A DNA stretch of 29,421 nt from Candidatus Acetothermia bacterium (GTDB lineage: Bacteria; Bipolaricaulota; Bipolaricaulia; M55B111). The position numbers and the translations under genes were made by a program. Below are positions 8,749 to 17,473 of the stretch, piece by piece; the stretch's first letter is position 1, and every line of letters starts with the position of its first letter. The stretch is from positions 1 to 29,421 of the forward strand of contig JBKGZT010000011.1 of the NCBI GenBank assembly GCA_046543235.1, written 5' to 3'. Below the pieces are notes generated by a model. That model did no database searches and was not told where the DNA came from. It was given only the letters and a program-made list of their open reading frames with translations.

Positions 8749-9375
8749 TTATAAAAGGTACTCCACAACCTCCTTCAAATTCGCAAACCCACAATCATCC
8801 CTGGTCAGATGAAGGAAATCCATTCCGGTCCTTTCAGCAAATTTTCTGTCGCTCTCCCTATCCCCGACGTAGGTGTAGGGCCCCGCCCCCATTTCCCTTT
8901 TCAGCTCCTGAAAGGGGCGAGGATGCGGTTTGATCCTCCTCAGTCCCTCGAGTCCCGTAGCACGCCCAACCCAGGCTCGAAACAGCTCGCGAAGTTCGTA
9001 CTTTTCGAGAAAAGAGCCAACTACCTCCGAGGGAGAATTACTAATTATCCCCAGTTGATACTTTCCTTTTAGATCACCCAGGTACTGGACGTCGGGGAAG
9101 GGCCTTAGCTCGCCCGCTTCGATCATCTCGAGCTTTTCGGATACGTAATACCTGTCCCTGGTATCCCAGACTTCGGCAGGAGTTGCTGGGAAATTTTTGA
9201 CACCTTCCTCAAGGTTTTCCACCTCGCCGGGATAGAGCTTTTTCAGGTTGTCTTCCGTCGGCTCGACGCCGAACTCTTTAAGTGCTTTCCTGAAGGCCCT
9301 GTCCAGCCAGCTCAGGTCCGACTCCGAATCGAGCAAAACTCCGTCCAGGTCAAATACGACTCTTTCTTTTCTCAT
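8749..9375 (-). CDS. HAD-superfamily hydrolase
   Basis: FDLDGVLLDS (motif I), GIISN (II), KPHP (III), YVGDRESD (IV). Start taken at MRKERV; the ORF track extends to 9519. Confidence 0.88.
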   Translation of the reverse strand: MRKERVVFDLDGVLLDSESDLSWLDRAFRKALKEFGVEPTEDNLKKLYPGEVENLEEGVKNFPATPAEVWDTRDRYYVSEKLEMIEAGELRPFPDVQYLGDLKGKYQLGIISNSPSEVVGSFLEKYELRELFRAWVGRATGLEGLRRIKPHPRPFQELKREMGAGPYTYVGDRESDRKFAERTGMDFLHLTRDDCGFANLKEVVEYLL

Positions 9376-9509
9376 ACGCGAAACATAGGATAATCGCCCA
9401 AAATATAGTTTTTCAAGTTTAGAAGGGAAAAGTCCCCTTTGTCTTTTGATAGTTAACCGGCCAAGGGTTATCCTTTCTTGAGTTTTTTGATCCACGAGAA
9501 AGGAGAAGG

Positions 9510-11150
9510 ATGCCTTCAAAAAAAGAACTACTTATTTTCGGTCTGGATGGTGCCACTTTTGACCTGTTGGACGGCTGGTTTGCGGAAGGGGAATTACCGT
9601 TTCTCAGGAAGTTGGTCGAGGACGGAGTACGAGGGGAAATGCGCAGCACGATCCCACCTCTGACCGGCCCGGCCTGGTCCACGTTCCAAACCGGAGTTAA
9701 CCCAGGCAAGCACGGCGTCTTCGACTGGGGAAGCTCCAGCGAGGAAAATTACGGCACGGGGGTGGTCGACTCCACCTCGATCGGGGCGAAGACGATCTGG
9801 GAGATAGCCAGTGAATCGGGAAAGAAGGTCGGTTCTATCGGCGTACCGGTAACCTACCCTCCGCGAGAGATCAACGGGTTTATGACGACCGGAGTCTTAA
9901 CTCCTAAGACCGCCGACGACTACGTCTATCCTCCTAAACTCAAGGAGGGTCTAGAAAAAGAGGTAGGGGAATACCGGTTCGCACCCACCCACGCGGAAAT
10001 GGCCATAAACAACTCCCAATGGATAGAAGAGCTGAAAAAGTCAATAGGGAACAAGGAAAAAACCGCGCTCCACCTGCTCACGTCCCAGGAATGGGATATT
10101 TCGATGGTCTACTTCATGGAAACCGATACGGTAAAACATCATCTCTTTCCGGAAAAACCGGAAGACTCCGAAGGAGAAGAACCTGTTCTGGAAGTCTATA
10201 GACGCGTTGATAAAGCCCTCAAGAACATCTACGAGGCGACGGCGCAGGAAGATACCCACATAATCGTCGTATCCGATCACGGCTTCGGCCCTCTGGAGTG
10301 GATCTTTAACGCAAACAGCTGGCTTCTGGACAGAGGGTACCTTCAGCTAAAGGACTCCGCCGGAACGAGGATAAAAAAAGCCGCCACCCGCCTAGGCTTA
10401 AACCAGAAAAACCTCTATAAAGTAGGGGACCTGCTCGGGCCGCTAGGGAAAGGAAACGAATGGGAGATGGAAGGTTTTAACGATATACTCGGGAAACTCT
10501 TCCTCTCGCTCGATGACGTGGACTGGGAGAACTCACAGGCTTACTCCCGGGGAGGCGTCACCGGCGCACTCCGACTGAACGTAAAGGGCAGAGAACCGCA
10601 GGGCTCCGTCCCTCCGGAAAGCGCCGACTCGGTTCGGAAAGACCTCATGGCGGGCCTAAAAGAGCTCCGCAACCCTTATACCGGAGAAAAAGTAATCGAA
10701 AAAGTTATGAGGAACGAGGAGGTCTACCAGGGCCCGAGATCCACCGAGGGTCCCGACGTTCTCTTCCTCACAAAGGGACTAAAGACCGATACCGGCGGTC
10801 TGACCGTCTTCAAAACGCTCGACCCGATAATTCCGGCCTTTGCAATTAACGGGACGCATAGGATGAACGGGATTTTCTCAGCCAGAGGGCCGAAGTACGG
10901 GGCCGGGACGGAAGTCGACGGTCTGAAGATCTCAGATCCCGCGGCCATTGTGCTTCACACACTCGGTCTGAAAATCCCGAGTTACATGGACGGAGAACCC
11001 AGGAAAGAGGTATTCTCAAAGGAGTTCTGGGAAAATCAAGAACCAAAATATCTTAAATCTCACCTACCCGGAAAAGGGGACGAGGCTGACGAAAACGAAA
11101 CCGACGAAGAGATCAAAGAGCGCCTGAAAGGCCTGGGATACCTAGCTTAG
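9510..11150 (+). CDS. Type I phosphodiesterase/nucleotide pyrophosphatase (alkaline phosphatase superfamily)
   Basis: IFGLDGA, STIPPLTGPAWSTFQTGVNPGKHG, VVSDHGF, GTHRMNG, C-terminal RLKGLGYL. Confidence 0.88.
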   Translation: MPSKKELLIFGLDGATFDLLDGWFAEGELPFLRKLVEDGVRGEMRSTIPPLTGPAWSTFQTGVNPGKHGVFDWGSSSEENYGTGVVDSTSIGAKTIWEIASESGKKVGSIGVPVTYPPREINGFMTTGVLTPKTADDYVYPPKLKEGLEKEVGEYRFAPTHAEMAINNSQWIEELKKSIGNKEKTALHLLTSQEWDISMVYFMETDTVKHHLFPEKPEDSEGEEPVLEVYRRVDKALKNIYEATAQEDTHIIVVSDHGFGPLEWIFNANSWLLDRGYLQLKDSAGTRIKKAATRLGLNQKNLYKVGDLLGPLGKGNEWEMEGFNDILGKLFLSLDDVDWENSQAYSRGGVTGALRLNVKGREPQGSVPPESADSVRKDLMAGLKELRNPYTGEKVIEKVMRNEEVYQGPRSTEGPDVLFLTKGLKTDTGGLTVFKTLDPIIPAFAINGTHRMNGIFSARGPKYGAGTEVDGLKISDPAAIVLHTLGLKIPSYMDGEPRKEVFSKEFWENQEPKYLKSHLPGKGDEADENETDEEIKERLKGLGYLA

Positions 11151-11337
11151 CGGGAACCTACATTTGTGAGTTTCAAACAATACGGATTTTTCCCCAGTTC
11201 GCTTACCGAAACGTTAGAGACCGCTCGAGACCAGAAGGTGATCATTTAATTTTTATTAAAAATTGTTTGTAATCAATAACTATTTCTATTAAAATAATTG
11301 GCGAAGGATCACAACTTAACCTCAGGAGGTTAAAAAG

Positions 11338-11850
11338 ATGAACGAAGAACTGGAAGAAGCATTAAACGAACAGATCAACGAAGAGCTCGGTTCCTACTAT
11401 ATCTATCTCTCCATGCAGGCCTATTTTGCGTCCGAATCTCTGGATGGATTCGCGAACTGGATGGAGCTTCAGGCACAAGAAGAGGTCGAGCACGCCATGA
11501 GGATATTCCGTTTTTTAAACGACCGCGGCGGCAGGGTAAAGCTCGGGACAATCAAGGAGCCGAAGCAGGACTGGAATTCCCCGCTTAAAGCCTTTAAAGA
11601 TGCCTATGAACACGAACAATACATCTCGAGAAGGATCAACGATTTAGTGGACCTGGCCGAAGAGAAAGACGACAAGGCCACGCTCAACATGCTCGACTGG
11701 TTCGTCGAGGAACAGGTCGAAGAAGAAGCTTCCACTGGTGCTATAGTGGACAAGCTGGAAATGGTGGATGGGTCAGCTCCGGGTCTGCTTGCTTTGGACA
11801 AGGAGCTCGGTGCTCGGGGAGTAACCGACGAGGAAGGGGAGTCAGAATAA
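11338..11850 (+). CDS. ftn: Non-heme ferritin
   Basis: LNEQINEEL, QAQEEVEHA, YEHEQYI, LDWFVEEQVEEE ferroxidase residues; SD AGGAGG. Confidence 0.95.
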   Translation: MNEELEEALNEQINEELGSYYIYLSMQAYFASESLDGFANWMELQAQEEVEHAMRIFRFLNDRGGRVKLGTIKEPKQDWNSPLKAFKDAYEHEQYISRRINDLVDLAEEKDDKATLNMLDWFVEEQVEEEASTGAIVDKLEMVDGSAPGLLALDKELGARGVTDEEGESE

Positions 11851-11901
11851 CCGGTCCATCCCGCGGTTTCTCCGCTGGGTCTGAAAATCATCGAAAATTC
11901 A

Positions 11902-11929
11902 GGCAAGCGGGAGACTACTCCCGCTTGCC
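11902..11929. terminator. Perfect 12-bp hairpin between convergent ftn and pepF
   Basis: GGCAAGCGGGAG-ACTA-CTCCCGCTTGCC; U-tracts are weak. Confidence 0.65.
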
Positions 11930-11946
11930 GTTAAACACCCGGGAAC

Positions 11947-13737
11947 TCAAACCAGTTCTTCCATCTCATCCAAGTAGCTTTCGTAAACGGACAGGGCTCT
12001 GTCGACTGGCTCTGGCCGACTCATATCGACCCCTGCTTTTTTCAACGCTTCCAACGGGTACTCGCTTGAACCCGCCTTTAACAAATTCAGGTACTTATCG
12101 ACTGCTTCCGAACCCCCTTCAAGAATTTTACGCGATAAGGCGATTGAGGCACTAACTCCGGTGCTGTACTGGTACACGTAATACGCACGGTAAAAGTGGG
12201 GTATCCTCATCCACTCTTTTCCGATCCTTTCGTCCAGCTTTACGGGCCTGTAGTATTTTTCTTTTATGGACAGGAAAAGTTCATCCAGCCGTTCGGCATT
12301 TAACCCTTCCCCCGACTCCGCGGCCCGGTGTACGCGATGTTCGAAGTCCGCAAACAGGGTCTGGCGGTAGAGGGTGGTGCGGAAGGTTTCCAGGAAATGA
12401 TCGAGCACCCGGAGGCGGAAAGCGGGATCGTCCACCTCATCAAGCAGGTGTTCCGTTAGGAGAGCTTCGTGGGTGGTGCTAGCTACCTCGGCCGCGAAGA
12501 TTGAATAATCACCATAAACGTAGGGCTGATTTTCGGAAGTCAGCTTCGAATGCATCGAATGTCCGAGTTCGTGGGCCAGCGTGTATAGGGACGAGACGTC
12601 TCCCTTGTAATTCATCAGGATAAACGGTTGGGTATCATAGGATCCGCCGCTGTACGCTCCGGCTCTTTTTCCCGGGGTTTCGTAGACGTCGATCCAGCGG
12701 GACTCGAACCCTCCTTCTACTTCATCGCGGTAATCCTCTCCCAGGGGCTCTACCGCGCCCAGCACGTAATCTCTGGCCTCCTCGTACGAAACATCCCTCA
12801 GGTCGTTACCCCCCATGGGTAGGTAAAGGTCCCAGGTTTTTAGCTGGTCGTAACCAAGGGCTTCTTTCTTTAATTCCAGGTGACGGTGCAGGGAGCTTAG
12901 TCTCTCTTCCACAACCTCTATTAGGTTATCGTAGACTTCTACGGGAATCTTGTTCTGATCAAGGGATCTCTCGCGGGCGGAGTCGTAGTTCTTGATTTTG
13001 GCCAGCTTGTTGTCCGTCTTGACGCTGTTTTCGTACGAAACGGAAATCGTGTTGCTAAGACCTTTGAACCCGTCGAAGAACTTCTCGTAAACCTCCTGCC
13101 TGAACTCCCTGTCATCCCGCTTAAGCAGGTTGATGAAGTTGCTCAGGGTTATCTTGACCTCTTCCCCTTCCGGGCTCTCTACCGACGGAAACTCCAGGTC
13201 CGCGTTGGTCAGGTAATTGTATATTTCTCCCGGAGCGGCCAAAACTTCCTCCAGGTCTGCAACCAGACTCTCGACTTCCGGGCTCCGGGTATGCGGCTTT
13301 TGTCTTAGCACGTCTTCGAAGTAGTGCTCGTAGGTCCTAAGATCAGGGTTACTCTCCATCAGTTCTTCTATTTCTTCCTCGCTGGCATCCTGGATCTCCG
13401 GCTCGATGAAGCTGGAAGCTGACTTAGCCCGGGAGTGTAGACCTCGGGCCCGGGAGGACATAGCCTGATACTTCTGGTTCCGGGTGTCCTCGTCGCTCCT
13501 CATCCGCGCGTACGAGAACAGGACGTCCACCTTTCGAAAAACTTCTTCCCTCAAACGAAGGGCCGCCAGCAATTTCTCGGCGCTGTCGAGAACCCTTCCC
13601 TCGAACCCCCCAAAATCCTCCAGTCGCTCCTCTACGGATTCAAACTCCTCCTCCCATTCCTCGTCCGAATCGAAGACGCTGCTTAGATCCCACTTGTATT
13701 CCTGTTTTAAGGCATCTCTTTCCTCAACTTCTGACAT
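11947..13737 (-). CDS. pepF: Oligoendopeptidase F (M3B)
   Basis: KWDLS start, WIDVYETPGKRAGAYS, TLAHELGHSMH zinc motif, AEVAST, WMRIPHFY. Confidence 0.95.
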   Translation of the reverse strand: MSEVEERDALKQEYKWDLSSVFDSDEEWEEEFESVEERLEDFGGFEGRVLDSAEKLLAALRLREEVFRKVDVLFSYARMRSDEDTRNQKYQAMSSRARGLHSRAKSASSFIEPEIQDASEEEIEELMESNPDLRTYEHYFEDVLRQKPHTRSPEVESLVADLEEVLAAPGEIYNYLTNADLEFPSVESPEGEEVKITLSNFINLLKRDDREFRQEVYEKFFDGFKGLSNTISVSYENSVKTDNKLAKIKNYDSARERSLDQNKIPVEVYDNLIEVVEERLSSLHRHLELKKEALGYDQLKTWDLYLPMGGNDLRDVSYEEARDYVLGAVEPLGEDYRDEVEGGFESRWIDVYETPGKRAGAYSGGSYDTQPFILMNYKGDVSSLYTLAHELGHSMHSKLTSENQPYVYGDYSIFAAEVASTTHEALLTEHLLDEVDDPAFRLRVLDHFLETFRTTLYRQTLFADFEHRVHRAAESGEGLNAERLDELFLSIKEKYYRPVKLDERIGKEWMRIPHFYRAYYVYQYSTGVSASIALSRKILEGGSEAVDKYLNLLKAGSSEYPLEALKKAGVDMSRPEPVDRALSVYESYLDEMEELV

Positions 13738-13932
13738 GTTTGGTCCGTCCTCCTCTTTGTTCGTGTCTGTTGAATTAGTTTAAGGTCTTAACTTTCGAAT
13801 AACAAAACGCAGCTACCGATCCTGATTTCCAAATTAAGACCGGCCCACCCGGTAACTAAAGGAAACCCGTGACTTCAGCAGCCCGTTTTCTTCTTCCGGA
13901 GACCTCCTTTAGCTACCTTGAACCTCCGCCCG

Positions 13933-13961
13933 TTGCAGGGATTCCAGAATAGGTCTATAAT
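13933..13961 (+). promoter_or_regulatory. Sigma70-type promoter of tig-clpP
   Basis: TTGCAG, 17 nt, TATAAT (13956-13961). Confidence 0.55.
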
Positions 13962-14004
13962 TGATTGATTTACCATTATTATTCGTTACTTGGAGGTAAA
14001 AAGG

Positions 14005-15228
14005 TTGAAATCCACAGTTAAAGAAAGAGCGGATTCGGAGGTCAGGCTCGAGGTCACAATAGAGAGCGGAATCGTAAACCAAAAACTCGATGAAATATAT
14101 AACGAAGCAGTTCAGGAACTGGATCTACCAGGCTTCAGAAAAGGTAACGTACCCAAAAGCTTTGTAAAAGCTCGTTTCGGTGACGACGTATTCTACGAAG
14201 ATGCCCAGAACGAACTGTTGGAAGAATACCTTCCCAAAGCACTCAAAGAGAACGGGATAGATCCGGTTTCGCAACCGGAGACGGAGATCGTCGAGTTCGA
14301 AAGGGACGAGGATTTTACCTTCGAAGCCTCCGTCGAGGTGATGCCCGAGTTGGACCTGGGTGATTACACGGATCTCGAAATAGAGGACCCAAGTACCGAA
14401 AAGGTTACCGAGGATGATATCGAGGAGAGGATCGAGGAAATCCGCAAAGAAAACGGTCAGCTCGTTCCCAAGGAAGGAGAACAAGTCGAAGACGGTGATT
14501 ACGTCCTGGTAAGCGATTCCGACGGAAATACTCAGCAGGTAAACGTGGGGGAAGACGATCCGACCGGGGACTTGATCGGAAAAAGCGTCGGAGACCGGGT
14601 AACGATCGGTTCGGACGACGGCGAGGGGGCCGAGTTAGAAGTAGAGGAGATCAAGGAACTGGAACTTCCGGAGGTGGACGACGAATTTGCAAAAGACCTC
14701 GGCCACGAAGACCTGGAGAGCCTCCGTACTGATCTAAAGTCGGAAATCTTCGAGGAGAAAGAAGAGGAAAGGACGGAAAAACTAAGGGAAAGGATCTTGG
14801 ATAAGTTACTGGAAGAAACCGAGTTCTCCCCGCCCGAACGCATGATTCAGGACATGGTCGACAAAAGGGTAAACGAAACCAAAGATAGGCTCGGTTCCCG
14901 GAAGTACTCGGAAATACTCGAGGAGCAGGGAAAGACTGAGGAGGAAGTCGCCAACGATATAGAGGAATCCGCGCGGGAACAATTGAAGCGTCTAATGGTT
15001 TTAAACGAGATCGCCGAGGAAGAGGAAATCGAAATGAGCGACGAGGAATTCGAAGAAAGGCTGGAAGAGGAAGCAAACAGACAGGACGTCAATCCGATAA
15101 AGTTCAAAAACCAGCTTAAGGCAGGGGACCAGCTGGAATCCTTCCGCGAGTCCCTGACCCAGGAAAAGGTGCTCGACTACCTGCTGGATTCAGCTAAACT
15201 GATCACGGAGGAGGATAATAATGACTGA
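14005..15228 (+). CDS. tig: Trigger factor (shortened PPIase domain)
   Basis: Ribosome-binding signature [20 protein letters not shown], upstream of clpP. Start TTG 14005 follows SD GGAGGT; the ORF track starts at 13990. Confidence 0.92.
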   Translation: MKSTVKERADSEVRLEVTIESGIVNQKLDEIYNEAVQELDLPGFRKGNVPKSFVKARFGDDVFYEDAQNELLEEYLPKALKENGIDPVSQPETEIVEFERDEDFTFEASVEVMPELDLGDYTDLEIEDPSTEKVTEDDIEERIEEIRKENGQLVPKEGEQVEDGDYVLVSDSDGNTQQVNVGEDDPTGDLIGKSVGDRVTIGSDDGEGAELEVEEIKELELPEVDDEFAKDLGHEDLESLRTDLKSEIFEEKEEERTEKLRERILDKLLEETEFSPPERMIQDMVDKRVNETKDRLGSRKYSEILEEQGKTEEEVANDIEESAREQLKRLMVLNEIAEEEEIEMSDEEFEERLEEEANRQDVNPIKFKNQLKAGDQLESFRESLTQEKVLDYLLDSAKLITEEDNND

Positions 15229-15829
15229 ACCAAAAGCTCAAGTTCCCTTCGTCGTCGACAAGACCGACGGTCACGAGCGGACATACGATATCTACTCCAG
15301 ACTGCTCAAGGATAGAATAGTATTCCTGAAAGGGCCAGTGACCGACGAGCTCTCAAACGTCATCATTGCCCAGATGCTATACCTGGAAGCGGAGAACCCG
15401 AGTCAGGACATAAATCTCTACATCAACACCCAGGGTGGGGTGGTTACCGGTGGCCTGGCAATCTACGATACCATGCAGTACGTGAAACCGGAAGTAAAGA
15501 CAATCTGCGTAGGCCAGGCCTCGAGCATGGGGGCTTTATTGCTGGCAACCGGAGAACCCGGAAAGAGATACGCCCTGCCGAACTCCAGAGTGCTGATTCA
15601 CCAGCCGCTGGGTGGAGCACAGGGCCAGGCGACCGACGTAGAAATCCATGCCAACGAACTCGTTAAGGTCAAGAAAAGAGTCAACAACATACTGGCCGAA
15701 CATACCGGACAGCCCCTGGAAAAGATCCAGGAAGATACGGAAAGAGATTTCTTCATGGCCCCGGAAGAGGCAGAGGAATACGGCATAATTGATAAGGTTA
15801 TCAGCACCAGGGAGAACTCCGAAGAATAG
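15221..15829 (+). CDS. clpP: ATP-dependent Clp protease proteolytic subunit
   Basis: [19 protein letters not shown] (Ser), IHQPLGG (His), DTERD (Asp). Confidence 0.97.
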   Translation: MTEPKAQVPFVVDKTDGHERTYDIYSRLLKDRIVFLKGPVTDELSNVIIAQMLYLEAENPSQDINLYINTQGGVVTGGLAIYDTMQYVKPEVKTICVGQASSMGALLLATGEPGKRYALPNSRVLIHQPLGGAQGQATDVEIHANELVKVKKRVNNILAEHTGQPLEKIQEDTERDFFMAPEEAEEYGIIDKVISTRENSEE

Positions 15830-15879
15830 CCGGGCTAGCTCCTTAAATTTTCATCACTTAACCAAACTAGAAAAACCGG

Positions 15880-16124
15880 GTCAATTACCCCGGACCAAGG
15901 CGCGAGGTCTGTAACCCCAAACCCGTAAGGTTAAAAACCTTTTTCTTTGCCGAGGAAGGACCCAGCAGTCGATCGAGTCCATTTATTGCCTTAAACCCGT
16001 TATGGAAATAAACTCACAAATTACTGAGAAACAGTATGGGGGTTCTCCCCCCCGATTGACTGCTGGAGGGAAACTTGCCGATTTCTCCCCAGGGTGTACC
16101 CCGGGGCTTTTTCGGCAGGCTTTG
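15880..16124 (-). mobile_element. Putative non-autonomous IS200/IS605-like remnant (left-end-like and right-end-like hairpins, no transposase)
   Basis: Minus strand begins CAAAGCCTGCCGAAAAAGCCCCGGGGTACACCCTGGGGAGAAATCGGCA and ends CGGGGTAATTGAC. Both ends recur at 19821-19866, and the left end recurs at 29289. The family assignment is from recalled end motifs, not a search. Confidence 0.5.
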
Positions 16125-16913
16125 GAGACGGCGTTCCAGACACGGCCAGTATATAACAAGCGGGTATGGTTGCTTATTCTGGTTGCCCTGGTTTCGTCGT
16201 TTTTACTCCTTCCCGCACACGCTGCAGGGGCTACGCGGGTGAGGGTCCTGCACCTGGCACCGGAGGCCGGGAAGGTAGAGGTCTGGGTCGAAGGCCGGCT
16301 GATTAACGAAAGCCTTGGGTTTCTGGAAGATACCGGGTACGTCGAGCTTTCACCAGGGGAGAACAGGATAGTTTGTAAAACTACAGGAGAAGACGACCCG
16401 GTTATCCTCAATAGCCAGTACCCCCTACGGGAGGACAAGGACTATACTATCTCGCTAACCGGCCGTGAAAGCGATAAACTTCAGTTGACTACCTCTATAG
16501 ATTCCTGCCCGCCCCAAGAAAGGCTGGCCCAGCTCAACTTCACCGACGGGGTTCCCGGTTCCCCGGCAATAGATCTCTCTATTAGGTACGGCCCTGTCCT
16601 TTACAAAGGGCTATCGTTTCGCACCAGCGGCGGCTGTCAATTCATACCTCCGGACGAATACGTGCTGAAGTTCACGGAATCCAGAACGGGCCGGACTCTG
16701 GCGGAAAGGGAGATAACTCTGAAAGAAGGCACCAGGTACAACCTGTTTGCCACTGGCGACTTTCAGGGAGACGACTTTAGATTGGTCACTTTTGAGGAAG
16801 AAAACAAGCCGGAAAGGGAGCCCCAGGTCTTTGGAGTGGATCGGTCAGTTCTCCAGCTTCTCGGAGCCGGCCTGATTGCTTCCGTTCTCATACTGGTTCT
16901 GGGGCGACAGTAA
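16122..16913 (+). CDS. DUF4397-like exported protein with C-terminal membrane helix
   Basis: Signal-peptide-like RVWLLILVALVSSFLLLPAHA, then RVRVLHLAPEAGKVEVWV and a second repeat LNFTDGVPGSPAIDL. The start is uncertain (ATG 16002 lies inside a repeat; TTG 16122 chosen). Confidence 0.72.
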   Translation: METAFQTRPVYNKRVWLLILVALVSSFLLLPAHAAGATRVRVLHLAPEAGKVEVWVEGRLINESLGFLEDTGYVELSPGENRIVCKTTGEDDPVILNSQYPLREDKDYTISLTGRESDKLQLTTSIDSCPPQERLAQLNFTDGVPGSPAIDLSIRYGPVLYKGLSFRTSGGCQFIPPDEYVLKFTESRTGRTLAEREITLKEGTRYNLFATGDFQGDDFRLVTFEEENKPEREPQVFGVDRSVLQLLGAGLIASVLILVLGRQ

Positions 16914-16939
16914 AGCAGAAAAACTTGGGGCTTAGGATT

Positions 16940-17013
16940 TACGCCCGGGAGGATTCGAACCCCCGACTTTCGGTTCCGAAGACCGACGCTCTGTCCAGCT
17001 GAGCTACGGGCGC
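16940..17013 (-). tRNA. tRNA-Arg(TCG)
   Basis: GCGCCCG acceptor, anticodon arm TCGGT-CT TCG GA-ACCGA, GGTTCGAATCC T-arm; CCA not encoded. Confidence 0.95.
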
Positions 17014-17016
17014 GGG

Positions 17017-17092
17017 TGGGAGGAGCGACGGGAATCGAACCCGCAACAACTGGGACCACAACCCAGTGCTCTGCCTTTGAGCTACGCTCCTC
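17017..17092 (-). tRNA. tRNA-His(GTG)
   Basis: Encoded G-1:C73, anticodon arm CTGGG-TT GTG GT-CCCAG, CCA encoded. Confidence 0.95.
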
Positions 17093-17132
17093 AAGTTATT
17101 ATCAAATTAAATTGGTCAAGGATACACACAAG

Positions 17133-17206
17133 TGCGCCCGGGAGGATTCGAACCCCCGACTTGCGGCTTAGAAGGCCGCTGCTCTGTCCAGCTGAGCTAC
17201 AGGCGC
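17133..17206 (-). tRNA. tRNA-Arg(TCT)
   Basis: Anticodon arm GCGGC-CT TCT AA-GCCGC; canonical D and T arms; CCA not encoded. Confidence 0.95.
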
Positions 17207-17243
17207 CTGTCCTTCTTATTATAATTTATAATTAAAGTCAGTC

Positions 17244-17318
17244 TGGAGCGGAAGACGGGAATCGAACCCGCAGCCCCTGGCTTGGAAGGCCAGTGCTCTA
17301 CCGTTGAGCTACTCCCGC
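17244..17318 (-). tRNA. tRNA-Gly(TCC)
   Basis: GCGGGAG acceptor, CTGGC-CT TCC AA-GCCAG, U73, CCA encoded. Confidence 0.95.
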
Positions 17319-17329
17319 TCGGATAATAC

Positions 17330-17407
17330 TGGTCGGAGAGGCCGGATTTGAACCGGCGACCTCAGCGTCCCGAACGCTGCGCGCTAGCCAAGCTGCGCCA
17401 CTCTCCG
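17330..17407 (-). tRNA. tRNA-Pro(CGG)
   Basis: C1-G72 acceptor CGGAGAG, CAGCG-TT CGG GA-CGCTG, ACCA end. Confidence 0.95.
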
Positions 17408-17418
17408 GGATGCTCCAA

Positions 17419-17447
17419 ATTATAATGGGTCGTATTAGATTTATAAA
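17419..17447 (-). promoter_or_regulatory. Promoter of the tRNA cluster
   Basis: Minus strand TTTATA, 17 nt, TATAAT ending 11 nt before tRNA-Pro. Confidence 0.55.
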
Positions 17448-17473
17448 CCTTTTCAGGTTATTTGCCACACAGC

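Noticed and set aside
17218..17232. Perfect 7-1-7 palindrome ATTATAA-T-TTATAAT in a tRNA spacer
   Set aside because: Low-complexity AT-rich spacer, and it does not match the PerR box TTATAATNATTATAA.
16940..17407. tRNA cluster as an integration site for a genomic island
   Set aside because: No duplicated tRNA 3' end or integrase seen in the window.
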